A program made the translations under genes and the position numbers. Below, piece after piece: positions 37,529-49,766 of a stretch of DNA of 54,858 nucleotides. Within the stretch, counting starts at the first letter, position 1. Every line of letters begins with the position of its first letter. The DNA is taken from contig JAJRUR010000076.1 in the NCBI GenBank assembly GCA_024277695.1, positions 1 through 54,858 on the forward strand. Direction: 5' to 3'. Origin of the DNA: Bacteroidota bacterium. GTDB taxonomy: Bacteria; Bacteroidota; Bacteroidia; Chitinophagales; Saprospiraceae. Under the pieces are notes generated by a model. That model ran no database searches. It saw only the letters and a program-made list of their open reading frames with translations, and was not told where the DNA came from.

Positions 37529-38029
37529 ATGCAATATATACTAAAAACAGAACGATTTTACTTGCGTCGGTTTATTCCTGATGATGCGAAACATATCTAT
37601 GCTCTCCATGCTGATCCGGAGATTATGTTTTTTACAGCAGACACACCCTTTGTATCTGTACAAGAAGCTCGAAATTTTATCAAGTCTTATCCCTATTACA
37701 AAAGAGATGGCTTTGGTCGATGGGCGGTCATACCTATTAGAAATCAAAATATGATCGGATGGTGTGGATTGCAATATAATGAGCTCCATCTAGTCGATCT
37801 GAGTTTTCGCTTTTTTAAGAAGTTTTGGAATCAAGGTATAGCTACCGAAGTAGCAACTGCTTGTCTGAATTATGGGCTGCATGTATTGAAACTACAAAGA
37901 ATCGTCGCTCGTGTACATGCCGATCACCTTGCATCCATTCGCGTAATCCAAAAATTGGGTATGAAATATTATACTACCGATAAATGTAGAGGAGTATCCG
38001 GATTCTTGTATTTCGAAACAACGAATTAA
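37529..38029 (+). CDS. GNAT family N-acetyltransferase (RimJ/RimL-like)
   Basis: 166 aa with an acetyl-CoA binding-like segment (FWNQGIATEVATA). Confidence 0.75.
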   Translation: MQYILKTERFYLRRFIPDDAKHIYALHADPEIMFFTADTPFVSVQEARNFIKSYPYYKRDGFGRWAVIPIRNQNMIGWCGLQYNELHLVDLSFRFFKKFWNQGIATEVATACLNYGLHVLKLQRIVARVHADHLASIRVIQKLGMKYYTTDKCRGVSGFLYFETTN

Positions 38030-38187
38030 TCTTAGAATGAGCTACTCGTCTCTTTCTAGGAGTGATAATTATTACAAATTCTTATCTGTTTTTTACGCAT
38101 ACTCATTATGCACAATACTGTATTTAATTATAATGATATTTGAGCTATTGAATTAATTTTTTTAACATCAAACAAAACAATTAACCG

Positions 38188-41100
38188 ATGACCATACGAT
38201 TTTATGTAGTACAATTTGTTTTACTCTCTATCTTGTTTTCCTCCTGCAAACGTAATATATCCAAAAAAGACAATGCATTTTTTACACAATATGTCGCTGC
38301 ATTTACCGCCGGAGAAATTGATGTCGATGACGAAATCATTGTAGAGTTTGCTACGGAGCTCAGTCCGGCACAACAAAATACCATAGCCAACTCTGCTGTC
38401 CTCCGTTTTGAGCCGCGTATCAAAGGAAAAGCTGATTTTGTCAATAGCAGAACATTCCGATTCATACCGGAAGAACACTTACTATACGGAACACAATACA
38501 CAGCATCAGTTAATCTGAAAAAAGTTTTTCCAATGATCGAAACCGACGAATATTTTCGTTTTTCATTCGGAACCAAACACCAATCATATACCTACACCAA
38601 TGAAGGATTAAAAACCTACAACGTGGACGACCCTTCTTTACAATATATAAGTTTTGAGTTCAAAACCAATGCAGCAGCGTATCCTGATCAAATCAAAAAA
38701 ATGGTGCATCTTGAGATTGATGGTCGAAAACCAAAAATAAAATGGCAGCATTTTGACAGTGAAAATAGACACCTCTTGAGGGTGGACTCTATACGAAGAA
38801 CAGCAGAACCGCAACAACTTATCATGGATATCAATGGCAAAAGAATCGGGGCAGAATCCAAGGATCGTATCCGATATCAAATACCTAAAGCTGGCGAGTT
38901 TTTTTTGGTCAACCATCAAATGGTGCGAAAAAATAATCCATATATACGACTCGTCTTTTCAGATCCTATCGACCCAAAAATGGACCTAAAAGGTCTGGTA
39001 TATATTCCTGATATAAATGCACAATACGATGTAAAGGGCAATGAGATTCTATACTATCCATCTCAAAACTTGATAGGCGATTATGATCTGTATATCGACA
39101 AAGCTATACGCAATGTACAAAACCATAGCTTACAAAATCCTCAGACCATCAAGATACATTTTCAAAAATACCATCCCGAAATAGCTCTAAAAAGTAAAGG
39201 TGTCATACTCCCAAACTCTTCCGGATTGTTCCTGCCCATCCGTGCTGTCAATCTTTCGGCCATACGTGTAAGAGTCGTCCGCATCATGGCCAAAAATATA
39301 TCTTTTTTCTTACAGAACAACAGTTATGATGGTGATGAACAGTTAAAAAGAGTCGGCCGTATAATCTATGAAGGAATCGTTCCACTCAAACTCAAAAAAG
39401 GCCAATATCGCGGTAGTTGGAGTGACTTTACCTTAGATCTGACGCAGTTTTTTGATGCAGAACCCGGAGCTATCTATCGAATATATCTCGCTATGGATTA
39501 CAATGCCTCTACCTATCCCTGTAAGCAAGAAGAAGAACAGGCAAAATCCGTCTTTGTGGATTATTCGGAGAATGACCCATTCATAAAAAATGATCAAAAC
39601 TACTGGGACTATTTTGGCTATGACATCAATAGAAATCGCTCCGAAGCTTTCAACTGGAGAGATCGTCGAAATCCTTGCAAACCTTCATACTATCTAGACA
39701 GAAGAAATGTCATCAGCCAAAATGTTTTGGCATCCAATCTTGGCTTGATGGCCAAAACGGACGATCAGGGTTTGGCAGTCACCGTAACCGACCTAATCCA
39801 TGCCAATCCACTCTCAGGTGTAGAATTGAGCATACTCAACTTTCAAGGAGGCGAAATAGCTAAGGCCAAAACCAATGATGAAGGTATGGCGCGCATCGAA
39901 TTTAAAGGCAAACCTTATTTGCTTGTAGCATCCTTAGGACATCAGCGCGGATACTTGCGACTCGCCGAAGGCGATGTGCGCTCGCTCAGTATGTTTGAAG
40001 TCGAAGGTGTAAAAGCTACGGATGGTATTAAGCTTTTTCAATATGCCGACCGAGATGTATGGCGACCGGGAGATATGATCTACCTTCAGGCAGTTATCGA
40101 AAATAAGCAAGAACAATTACCACTCGGCCACCCAATCATTTTTGAACTTTTTGACCCTAAAGACAAGCTCGTCTATAAAGACATCGTCAGTTACAACGGT
40201 AACAGTATATATCCTTTTCACATAAAAACCAATCCAAATAGCATTACGGGAGTTTGGAGATCCGTCATCAAAATCGGTAACCAATCTTTTAGCAAAAATC
40301 TAAGTGTAGAGACCATTAAGCCCAATCGTCTCAAGATCGATATCCACCCGGATAAGCCCTTTTTTGATGCATCGGACAAAAAGCTGCGTTTTGAACTTCG
40401 CGCCGCTTGGCTACATGGAGCCAAAGTTGCGTATCTTCGCACCGACGTACGCATGAAGATGCGCCCCTTGCATACCACTTTTGATGACTACGAAAACTAT
40501 AGCTTTGACGACCGAACCCGATCTTTCAAAGACAAAGAGCATCTAATCTTTGAAGGTAAACTCGATGAGGACGGTAAGAGGAATATCTACTATCCTATCA
40601 AAATACATGCACAAGTTCCCGGAAAACTTAGTTTTGACCTCACCACCAAGGTGTACGAACCGGGTGGTAATTTTAGTATTGATCGCTTTGATATACCATA
40701 TGCACCATATGACTATTACGTCGGCATAAAAATACCTAAGGGTAATGGATGGCGAAATGCACTGATGCACAACGAAACGAATATCATGCAGATCGTTTCA
40801 TTGGATCCTTCCGGAAATAAAGCAGACGAGCGAAATCTGAAGATCGAGCTCTTCAGAATAGACAGAAGCTGGTGGTGGGACTATACCGATAGCCGATCCA
40901 ACTTCATCAACAACCAATATCTCAAAAAGATCAAGACGGAAGAAGTCACCACTAGATATGGTAAGGCTCAGTATCACATACCATCAGATATAAAATGGGG
41001 GATGTATCTGATCCGTGTAGTGGATACTAAAAGTGGACATGCCACAAGTGAGCTATTCAGAATGAGCTACAACTGGGATCAGCAAAATCAAGCCGGTACT

Positions 41101-43740
41101 CCTGATGACATCAAGGAAGGCGCCAAGATGCTTCAGATGGAACCCGACAAAGATCGATACAATATCGGTGAGCGTGTCCGCATAAATTTGCCTAAAATCA
41201 AAACCGGCCGAATCCTGGTAAGCCTGGAAAAAGGATCGACCATCTTAGAGCAGTTTTGGGCAGATGCCACTTCCAAACAATCCAAAATCGAATTTATTAC
41301 TAGGCCGGAGATGGCACCCAATGTCTATGTACATGTCAGTCTGCTCCAACCACATGACCAGACTGTCAATGACCTGCCGATTAGACTCTATGGTGTCCAA
41401 TCTATTGAAGTGAATGACCAGAGCAATCGTCTGCTGCCGGATATCAAAACTCCGGACACATGGCGACCGGAGACGACACAAAAGATCACCGTTTCCGAAT
41501 CGAATGGACATGCTATGGAATATACATTGGCTATAGTGGATGAGGGTCTGCTGGCATTGACTAACTTTCAGACTCCCGACCTTCATAAACATTTTTATGC
41601 CAAAGAGGCACTTTTAGTACAGACCTGGGATATGTATGATTGGGTTATCGGTGCACAAAGTGGCGAGCTGGCAAGCTTGCTCTCCGTTGGTGGAGATGCT
41701 TCCAAACCCAATTATGGCGCGATGAAGGCCAATCGTTTTCCTCCTATGGTACGATTTATAGGTCCATTTAAACTCAAAGCAGGTGCCCACAATGAACACA
41801 CTATCGATGTGCCCAATTATGTAGGGGCAGTCCGGGTTATGGTCGTTGCAGCTGATCAAGGCAAATACGGACGAGTTGACAAAAATATTTTAGTCAAAAA
41901 ACCTCTCATGGTGCAGGCGACCCTGCCCAGAGTATTGGGACCGGGCGAAAGGCTCAGTATGCCCATCAGTGTATTTGCACTCGAAGACAAAATCAAAGAT
42001 GTGCGCATAACGCTGAAGACCAACGCTTTGATCAATACGCTGAACAAATCCCAAACTATACATTTTGATAAAACGGGTGATCAAGTCGTTTATTTTGACT
42101 TAGATATTCCGAAGCAGATCGGAATAGCGGATATCCAAATATCCGCTGTCTCAGCGGACGAACGGGCTACAGAAAATATCCAAATTGAAGTACGTGCACC
42201 CAATCCGTTGATGAGCGAAAGACTATTCTACCGCTTAGATCCCGGAGATCAATTGGATACAGTGGTGGCGGCTATCGGGATACAAGGCACCAATGAAGCA
42301 CGCATAGAGCTGACGCACCAATTGCCTATCAACTTATCGGAGCGACTCAGTTATTTGACCGGATATCCACATGGATGTATTGAGCAAACCACCTCTTCAG
42401 TATTTCCACAGCTTTATTTGGATAAAATCATTTCCATGGATACCGGCCGGATCAGTACCATCGAAGCTAATATCAAAGCCGGAATCCGGCGCATCTATAG
42501 TATGCAACTGCCTAACGGTGGCATCGGTTATTGGCCGGGAGATAGAACAGCCTCTGCCTGGGGGACCAATTACGCAGGTCATTTTATGCTAGAAGCTAAA
42601 AATAAAGGGTATCGGCTACCCGAAGCATATCTAAATTCTTGGTCAAAATACCAGACCAAAATGGCCAATCACTGGTTGCCGAGTAGTTATACTTATCGAA
42701 ATGCAGACCTGATTCAGGCCTACCGCCTTTATACTTTGGCTTTGGCCAATAAACCGGCCATCGGTGCTATGAACCGATTGCGCAATGAGGCAAATCTGTC
42801 GGATCAAGCCAAATGGAGACTGGCGCTCAGTTATGCACTGATCGGTCAACAAGCCACGGCACTCCAATTGATCAACAGAGCTCAAGTAGATCTCCCTAAG
42901 TATCGTTCACATTCTTTTACTTTTGGGTCTGCATCTCGTGATCAAGCAATGATTTTAGAAACTTTAATGGCTTTGGATGTAGGCACAACTCAAGAATCTA
43001 CTATCCAAAAACTCATAGAAATACTGAGCAACAAACTCAACTCCAAGCACTGGTACAACACACAAGAAACTGCATATATGCTTCTATCTTTGGCAAAATA
43101 TATCCAACGGACTCAAGTAGCCGGGGTATATTCTGCTGACTTGAGTGTAGGACAGGAGACTATAAAAATCGATAAGTCTGATAGGCTTTTTGCCAAAAAA
43201 ATCCATCTAAATGCAGACGATACCCGCATAAATATCAATAATACAGGATCATCTACGATCTACTTTAATCTGATCAGACAAGGCATTCCACTACGTACAA
43301 AGGATGTAAAACTGGACGATAATTTGGAGATGAAAATCCGATATCTAGACTTAAATGGCAATACACTTGACCCCAAAAGTTTGACTCAAGGTACGGACTT
43401 TCAGATTGAAGTCAAGGTAAAGAATCCGGGATTGTTAGGTGCCTATCACAATCTTGCCTTGACGCAGATATTTCCGGGAGGATGGGAGATTCATAATGAT
43501 CGTTTGGATAACAGGACAACTACAACCGGGGCTACTTATGACTATCGGGACATTCGAGATGATCGCGTACTTATGTATTTTGGCTTACAGCCCAATGAAG
43601 AAAAGCGATTTGTGACCCGTCTCAATGCGTCGTATTCCGGAGAGTATTATATGCCCTCCATCCAAGCAGAAGCAATGTATGATCGGGATATTAGGGCTGT
43701 CAGCCCGGGTGAAATGATTCGTGTAGTCGCTGCGGATTAG
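38188..43740 (+). CDS. Bacterial alpha-2-macroglobulin family lipoprotein (YfhM/ECAM-like) with an intact thioester motif
   Basis: 1850 aa. Lipobox LFSSC and a series of MG-like domains. The thioester CIEQ within GYPHGCIEQTTSS lies at nt 42376-42387, in frame. Confidence 0.9.
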   Translation: MTIRFYVVQFVLLSILFSSCKRNISKKDNAFFTQYVAAFTAGEIDVDDEIIVEFATELSPAQQNTIANSAVLRFEPRIKGKADFVNSRTFRFIPEEHLLYGTQYTASVNLKKVFPMIETDEYFRFSFGTKHQSYTYTNEGLKTYNVDDPSLQYISFEFKTNAAAYPDQIKKMVHLEIDGRKPKIKWQHFDSENRHLLRVDSIRRTAEPQQLIMDINGKRIGAESKDRIRYQIPKAGEFFLVNHQMVRKNNPYIRLVFSDPIDPKMDLKGLVYIPDINAQYDVKGNEILYYPSQNLIGDYDLYIDKAIRNVQNHSLQNPQTIKIHFQKYHPEIALKSKGVILPNSSGLFLPIRAVNLSAIRVRVVRIMAKNISFFLQNNSYDGDEQLKRVGRIIYEGIVPLKLKKGQYRGSWSDFTLDLTQFFDAEPGAIYRIYLAMDYNASTYPCKQEEEQAKSVFVDYSENDPFIKNDQNYWDYFGYDINRNRSEAFNWRDRRNPCKPSYYLDRRNVISQNVLASNLGLMAKTDDQGLAVTVTDLIHANPLSGVELSILNFQGGEIAKAKTNDEGMARIEFKGKPYLLVASLGHQRGYLRLAEGDVRSLSMFEVEGVKATDGIKLFQYADRDVWRPGDMIYLQAVIENKQEQLPLGHPIIFELFDPKDKLVYKDIVSYNGNSIYPFHIKTNPNSITGVWRSVIKIGNQSFSKNLSVETIKPNRLKIDIHPDKPFFDASDKKLRFELRAAWLHGAKVAYLRTDVRMKMRPLHTTFDDYENYSFDDRTRSFKDKEHLIFEGKLDEDGKRNIYYPIKIHAQVPGKLSFDLTTKVYEPGGNFSIDRFDIPYAPYDYYVGIKIPKGNGWRNALMHNETNIMQIVSLDPSGNKADERNLKIELFRIDRSWWWDYTDSRSNFINNQYLKKIKTEEVTTRYGKAQYHIPSDIKWGMYLIRVVDTKSGHATSELFRMSYNWDQQNQAGTPDDIKEGAKMLQMEPDKDRYNIGERVRINLPKIKTGRILVSLEKGSTILEQFWADATSKQSKIEFITRPEMAPNVYVHVSLLQPHDQTVNDLPIRLYGVQSIEVNDQSNRLLPDIKTPDTWRPETTQKITVSESNGHAMEYTLAIVDEGLLALTNFQTPDLHKHFYAKEALLVQTWDMYDWVIGAQSGELASLLSVGGDASKPNYGAMKANRFPPMVRFIGPFKLKAGAHNEHTIDVPNYVGAVRVMVVAADQGKYGRVDKNILVKKPLMVQATLPRVLGPGERLSMPISVFALEDKIKDVRITLKTNALINTLNKSQTIHFDKTGDQVVYFDLDIPKQIGIADIQISAVSADERATENIQIEVRAPNPLMSERLFYRLDPGDQLDTVVAAIGIQGTNEARIELTHQLPINLSERLSYLTGYPHGCIEQTTSSVFPQLYLDKIISMDTGRISTIEANIKAGIRRIYSMQLPNGGIGYWPGDRTASAWGTNYAGHFMLEAKNKGYRLPEAYLNSWSKYQTKMANHWLPSSYTYRNADLIQAYRLYTLALANKPAIGAMNRLRNEANLSDQAKWRLALSYALIGQQATALQLINRAQVDLPKYRSHSFTFGSASRDQAMILETLMALDVGTTQESTIQKLIEILSNKLNSKHWYNTQETAYMLLSLAKYIQRTQVAGVYSADLSVGQETIKIDKSDRLFAKKIHLNADDTRININNTGSSTIYFNLIRQGIPLRTKDVKLDDNLEMKIRYLDLNGNTLDPKSLTQGTDFQIEVKVKNPGLLGAYHNLALTQIFPGGWEIHNDRLDNRTTTTGATYDYRDIRDDRVLMYFGLQPNEEKRFVTRLNASYSGEYYMPSIQAEAMYDRDIRAVSPGEMIRVVAAD

Positions 43741-43768
43741 AGAGATATTGTAAGCAATCTACTTTTAG

Positions 43769-46132
43769 ATGAAAATAAGAAAACGATATACCTTCATCAC
43801 GCTTTTTGGCGTTCCGCTACTCATCTGGTGGCTCTTTTTTGCATTGCCCCGCCCATTGTTCGATGCACCGTATTCGACAGTTTTAGTCGATCGTTCCGGT
43901 GCATTATTATCTGCACATATTGCTTCAGATGGTCAGTGGAGATTTCCTGCAAGGGATAGTATCCCGCCGAAGTATGTACAGGCCTTGATTTGCTTTGAAG
44001 ATCGATACTTTTATAGGCATCCGGGTGTCAATCCTTTCGCCATTGTACGAGCTATGCGGCAAAACATCAAAGAGAAGCGCTTAGTGAGTGGAGCCAGTAC
44101 GATCAGTATGCAAGTGATTCGTCTTGCAGAATCCCGCAAGGGTAGGGCACTTTGGGATAAATGCAAAGAAGTACTCAAAGCCCTACGATTAGAACTGCGC
44201 TATAGCAAGCAGGAGATATTATCTTTTCACGCTGCCCATGCACCTTTTGGTGGTAATCTGGTAGGGCTTGAGGCAGCATCTTGGAGATATTTTGGTAGAA
44301 GTGCTCACCAATTATCTTGGGCGGAAACTGCTATGCTGGCAGTACTCCCTAATGCACCAAATCTGATCCACCCGGGTAAGCATCGAAAACTATTGCTAGC
44401 CAAACGCAATCGACTGCTAGCTCGTATGGTAGATGACAATATCTTGAGCACAGAAGATTACCGATTAGCACTTTTAGAGCCACTCCCTGATCGTCCGCAT
44501 CCGATACCTTCTTTAGCACCGCATTTGTTGGACAGACTCCATCGTAGAAATACCGAAAAACAATACCGTACTAGTCTGGATCTTCCATTACAAAATGGCA
44601 CACGTAACTTGGTAAAATTGCATCACAAGCGGTTATCCCAAAACGGTATCTACAATGCTTGTGCTCTGATCATCGATATCCGGTCAAATAAGGTACTCAG
44701 TTATGTAGCAAATACCCCTACATCCGATGCGCATGCCCCAAATGTGGATATCATTATCGCCCCACGAAGTACAGGTAGTATACTCAAACCTTTTTTGTAC
44801 GCTGCTGCTATGCAGTCCGGGTTGATCTTGCCCAAAAGCTTGCTGCCTGATGTGCCTACACAGATAGCAGGATATGTGCCGTATAATTTTGATCGGGATT
44901 ATGATGGTGCAGTCCCGGCAGACGAAGCCCTTAGTAGATCCCTCAATATTCCTGCTGTAAGGTTGTTGCAGGATTATGGAGTTTCCAAATTTTATGACCG
45001 ACTTAAGGAATTGGGACTTTCAGATTTGAACTATCCGGCAGATCATTATGGACTCTCTCTCATACTTGGTGGTGCCGAAGCTAGCTTATGGGACTTGGCC
45101 ACTGCATATACTATGATGGCGAGAAAACTCCATCAATATCAAATAGTACAAGGTCAGAACAAAGTATCGCCATACGATGACGCTCCTTCCCTCCTAGAAT
45201 ATAGTGAGGGAATCCATCGATTTAGATCAGACATGCTACCGGATGCTGCCAGCGTTTGGTTGACTTTCGAAGCGATGACACAACTAAAAAAACCAAGTGG
45301 ACATCGCCTGCGTGACTTTGTGAGTGGTCAGAGAAAAATAGCTTGGAAGACAGGTACGAGTTTTGGTTTTCGAGATGCTTGGTCCATAGGAGTGACACCC
45401 GACTATTTGGTAGCTGTCTGGGTGGGTAATGCAGACGGCGAGGGACGACCGGGACTTATAGGAGTAGAAGCTGCAGCTCCTTTGATGTTTGATCTTTTTG
45501 ACCAATTAGCTTTTGATGATTATTGGTTTGAAGCTCCTTATGATCAATTGCGCGATGTTGCAGTATGTCGTCAAAGTGGATACCTAGCAACTGGTTATTG
45601 TACACTTAAGGATACCATGGCCGTACACAAATCGGGACGCAAAACATCTTCCTGTCCATATCACCAACGCGTTTCGATGGACAAAACGAATAGTTATCGT
45701 GTCAGCGCGGATTGTTATCCTCCACATCAAATGGTGTATCGATCCTGTTTTGCTTTACCACCTTCTTTTGAAGTATATTATAAAAAAAATCATCCGCAAT
45801 ATGTCGGACTACCGGAGTATGACCCAAATTGTAGTCCCGGTGACGCTCCACAAATAGAACTCATTTATCCACCTAAAGGAGCTCGAATTTATCTCCCGCG
45901 AAATTTGGATGGTAGTGAAGGCAAATTTGTATTCGAAGCGGCGCACCAAAGCAGCTCTACCAAAATCTACTGGCACTTGGATGAAGAATATATCGGTAGT
46001 ACCCAAGGTGCTCACCAACTCCAATACCTACCAAAATCCGGAGCGCATATCCTCACTTTAATCGATCAAAACGGTCAAGAACTCCGACAAGCATTTTTTG
46101 TCGAGCGGAATGATACCGGCTCCGGCCTCTAG
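43769..46132 (+). CDS. pbpC: Penicillin-binding protein 1C (bifunctional glycosyltransferase/transpeptidase)
   Basis: GT51 motifs EDRYFYRHPGVNP and RLELRYSKQEIL, the transpeptidase SxxK (STGSILKPF), and a C-terminal PBP1C-specific domain. It lies 28 nt downstream of the A2M gene. Confidence 0.9.
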   Translation: MKIRKRYTFITLFGVPLLIWWLFFALPRPLFDAPYSTVLVDRSGALLSAHIASDGQWRFPARDSIPPKYVQALICFEDRYFYRHPGVNPFAIVRAMRQNIKEKRLVSGASTISMQVIRLAESRKGRALWDKCKEVLKALRLELRYSKQEILSFHAAHAPFGGNLVGLEAASWRYFGRSAHQLSWAETAMLAVLPNAPNLIHPGKHRKLLLAKRNRLLARMVDDNILSTEDYRLALLEPLPDRPHPIPSLAPHLLDRLHRRNTEKQYRTSLDLPLQNGTRNLVKLHHKRLSQNGIYNACALIIDIRSNKVLSYVANTPTSDAHAPNVDIIIAPRSTGSILKPFLYAAAMQSGLILPKSLLPDVPTQIAGYVPYNFDRDYDGAVPADEALSRSLNIPAVRLLQDYGVSKFYDRLKELGLSDLNYPADHYGLSLILGGAEASLWDLATAYTMMARKLHQYQIVQGQNKVSPYDDAPSLLEYSEGIHRFRSDMLPDAASVWLTFEAMTQLKKPSGHRLRDFVSGQRKIAWKTGTSFGFRDAWSIGVTPDYLVAVWVGNADGEGRPGLIGVEAAAPLMFDLFDQLAFDDYWFEAPYDQLRDVAVCRQSGYLATGYCTLKDTMAVHKSGRKTSSCPYHQRVSMDKTNSYRVSADCYPPHQMVYRSCFALPPSFEVYYKKNHPQYVGLPEYDPNCSPGDAPQIELIYPPKGARIYLPRNLDGSEGKFVFEAAHQSSSTKIYWHLDEEYIGSTQGAHQLQYLPKSGAHILTLIDQNGQELRQAFFVERNDTGSGL

Positions 46133-46153
46133 TCCTACTACGGTCAATATTTA

Positions 46154-47365
46154 TTACCAACTATGCCGCTGATAAGGATAACGCTTTTGGTATAGTGCCT
46201 TGACTTGTGTATCTAAATACCGGCGGAGGATATCTATATTTTCTCCGGTTTTTGCACTGACAAATAGGACATCACATTGATGGTTGTTCCGGAGTTGTTC
46301 TTTGAGATCAACCAATAGCTGCTCCCGAATCTCTTGCTCTAGATAGTCGTCAAAATATCGTTTTTTATACAGGTCTATTTTATTGCATAATAATAGGGTA
46401 GGTGTCTGGTGTGCTTGGAGTTCTAGTAATGTTTTTTGGACTACTGCTATGTGATCTTCAAAATGTGGATGTGCCAGATCTACGACATGAAGGTGAAAAT
46501 CACTTTCTTTGACTTCGTCGAGTGTTGATTTAAAACTTTCTACCAAATGATGGGGAAGCTTACGTATAAAGCCTACTGTATCAGATAGTAAGAAAGGCGT
46601 TCGATCCAAAACAACCTTGCGTACTGTAGTATCTAGTGTAGCAAAGAGTTTGTTTTCAGCAAAGACTTTGGACTTGCTGAGTACATTCATGATGGTCGAT
46701 TTGCCGGCATTGGTGTACCCAACCAGTGAGACCCGTATGCTGTCTTTTCTGTTTTTTCGCCGGATAGCGCTCTGCCTTTGTATTTTATCGAGTTGCTCTT
46801 TGAGTTTAGATATTTTATCGCGAACGATTCTGCGATCCGTTTCTATCTCTTTTTCACCGGGACCACGCATCCCTATACCACCACGCTGACGCTCCAAGTG
46901 TGTCCACAAACCACGCAACCGCGGTAGCAAATATTGAAGTTGGGCTAGCTCTACCTGTGTTTTGGCTTGAGCAGTTTGGGCTCTATTAGCAAAAATGTCC
47001 AAAATAAGCGTAGATCGGTCAATGATTTTACGCTCAAATGCCTCTTCCAAAAATGAAGTTTGCTTACCGGTGAGATCATCATCAAATATAACCATATCTA
47101 TGTCGTGCTCGTCAATATAGTTTTTGATCTCTTCTACTTTGCCTTTACGGATAAAAGAAGTCGAGTTGGGCTGATCTAGTTTTTGTACAAATACTTTTTT
47201 GGTCTTTGCCCCGGCTGTCAATGCCAAAAACTCTAATTCAGCCAAATACTCCTCGATCAGTTCGCTCGATTGGTTACGAAGGATTGCACCTACTAGTACT
47301 GCAGTTTCGACTTGCTTTTTAAGGCTTGCTTTTTTTTGTTTGCTTACATTCCAGTTTTCTTGCAT
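46154..47365 (-). CDS. hflX: GTPase HflX
   Basis: HflX N-domain plus G-domain motifs (GYTNAGKST, DTVGF, NKID). Confidence 0.92.
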   Translation of the reverse strand: MQENWNVSKQKKASLKKQVETAVLVGAILRNQSSELIEEYLAELEFLALTAGAKTKKVFVQKLDQPNSTSFIRKGKVEEIKNYIDEHDIDMVIFDDDLTGKQTSFLEEAFERKIIDRSTLILDIFANRAQTAQAKTQVELAQLQYLLPRLRGLWTHLERQRGGIGMRGPGEKEIETDRRIVRDKISKLKEQLDKIQRQSAIRRKNRKDSIRVSLVGYTNAGKSTIMNVLSKSKVFAENKLFATLDTTVRKVVLDRTPFLLSDTVGFIRKLPHHLVESFKSTLDEVKESDFHLHVVDLAHPHFEDHIAVVQKTLLELQAHQTPTLLLCNKIDLYKKRYFDDYLEQEIREQLLVDLKEQLRNNHQCDVLFVSAKTGENIDILRRYLDTQVKALYQKRYPYQRHSW

Positions 47366-47453
47366 CCACTTTTCTTTTTTTATTTTTCGCTCAAAGATAC
47401 TTCAATTTTTGTGCATCACTGCCCTTAGATCAATCTACAAACCATAAACTCCC

Positions 47454-47493
47454 AAAAAAAATCTCGGCTCATATCTGAACCGAGATTTTTTTT
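47454..47493. terminator. Bidirectional rho-independent terminator downstream of groEL
   Basis: A7-ATCTCGG-(12-nt loop)-CCGAGAT-T7. It is symmetric, so it can function for the minus-strand groESL transcript. Confidence 0.8.
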
Positions 47494-47518
47494 AATTCAA
47501 CTTATCGTGTTGCACAAA

Positions 47519-49153
<1,635 letters not shown>

Positions 49154-49207
49154 ATCTGTTTTTTTTAAAATGTTTTTTTAATAATAGTTAATTATTTCAA
49201 ATGAGTT

Positions 49208-49471
49208 TTAAAGAATGACCAAGATGTCATCTTCGCGCATGATCAAGTAATCCTGACCTTGATAGTTGATCTCTTGTCCGGCATATTTGCCGTACAAAAC
49301 AATGTCCCCTTTGGAAACCGTCATAAGGTTGCCGTCTTTGCCGGGACCCACGGCTATGATCTCACCGCGTTGAGGTTTTTCTTTGGCAGTATCCGGAATG
49401 ATTATACCACCTGCTGTCTTTTCTTCAGCCTCCATTGGCTTTACTACGACTCTGTCATTGATTGGTTTCAT
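49208..49471 (-). CDS. groS: Co-chaperonin GroES
   Basis: I chose the start at internal [12 protein letters not shown] (87 aa). The 20-aa K/N-rich extension from the track start is unlikely to be real. Confidence 0.9.
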   Translation of the reverse strand: MKPINDRVVVKPMEAEEKTAGGIIIPDTAKEKPQRGEIIAVGPGKDGNLMTVSKGDIVLYGKYAGQEINYQGQDYLIMREDDILVIL

Positions 49472-49766
49472 ATTAGTTTTACTAGTTTTAGTGATGAACA
49501 AATTGTTATTTTTCTTACCCTTCTTGCTCATCAGTTTTTATGCCAATGAACTTTTTATGCCATTATTGCAGTCTGCTCTTGGTATTTTGTCATTTTGATG
49601 AGAGAATTTGACAGATTGGCAAGCAAAGACTTACAAAAAGTGTTAGAAGCTTACTTCTAGCTAGCTCCCGTTGCCAATATTATATTATCCCTTGATGAGT
49701 TTGACTGGTCTTTTTGTAGGATATTTATCCCAAAGAAATATACTTTTGCCGTATTAAAAGTTGACT

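Noticed and set aside
49472-49720. Searched for a CIRCE/HrcA operator upstream of groES.
   Set aside because: No TTAGCACTC-N9-GAGTGCTAA-like inverted repeat is present.
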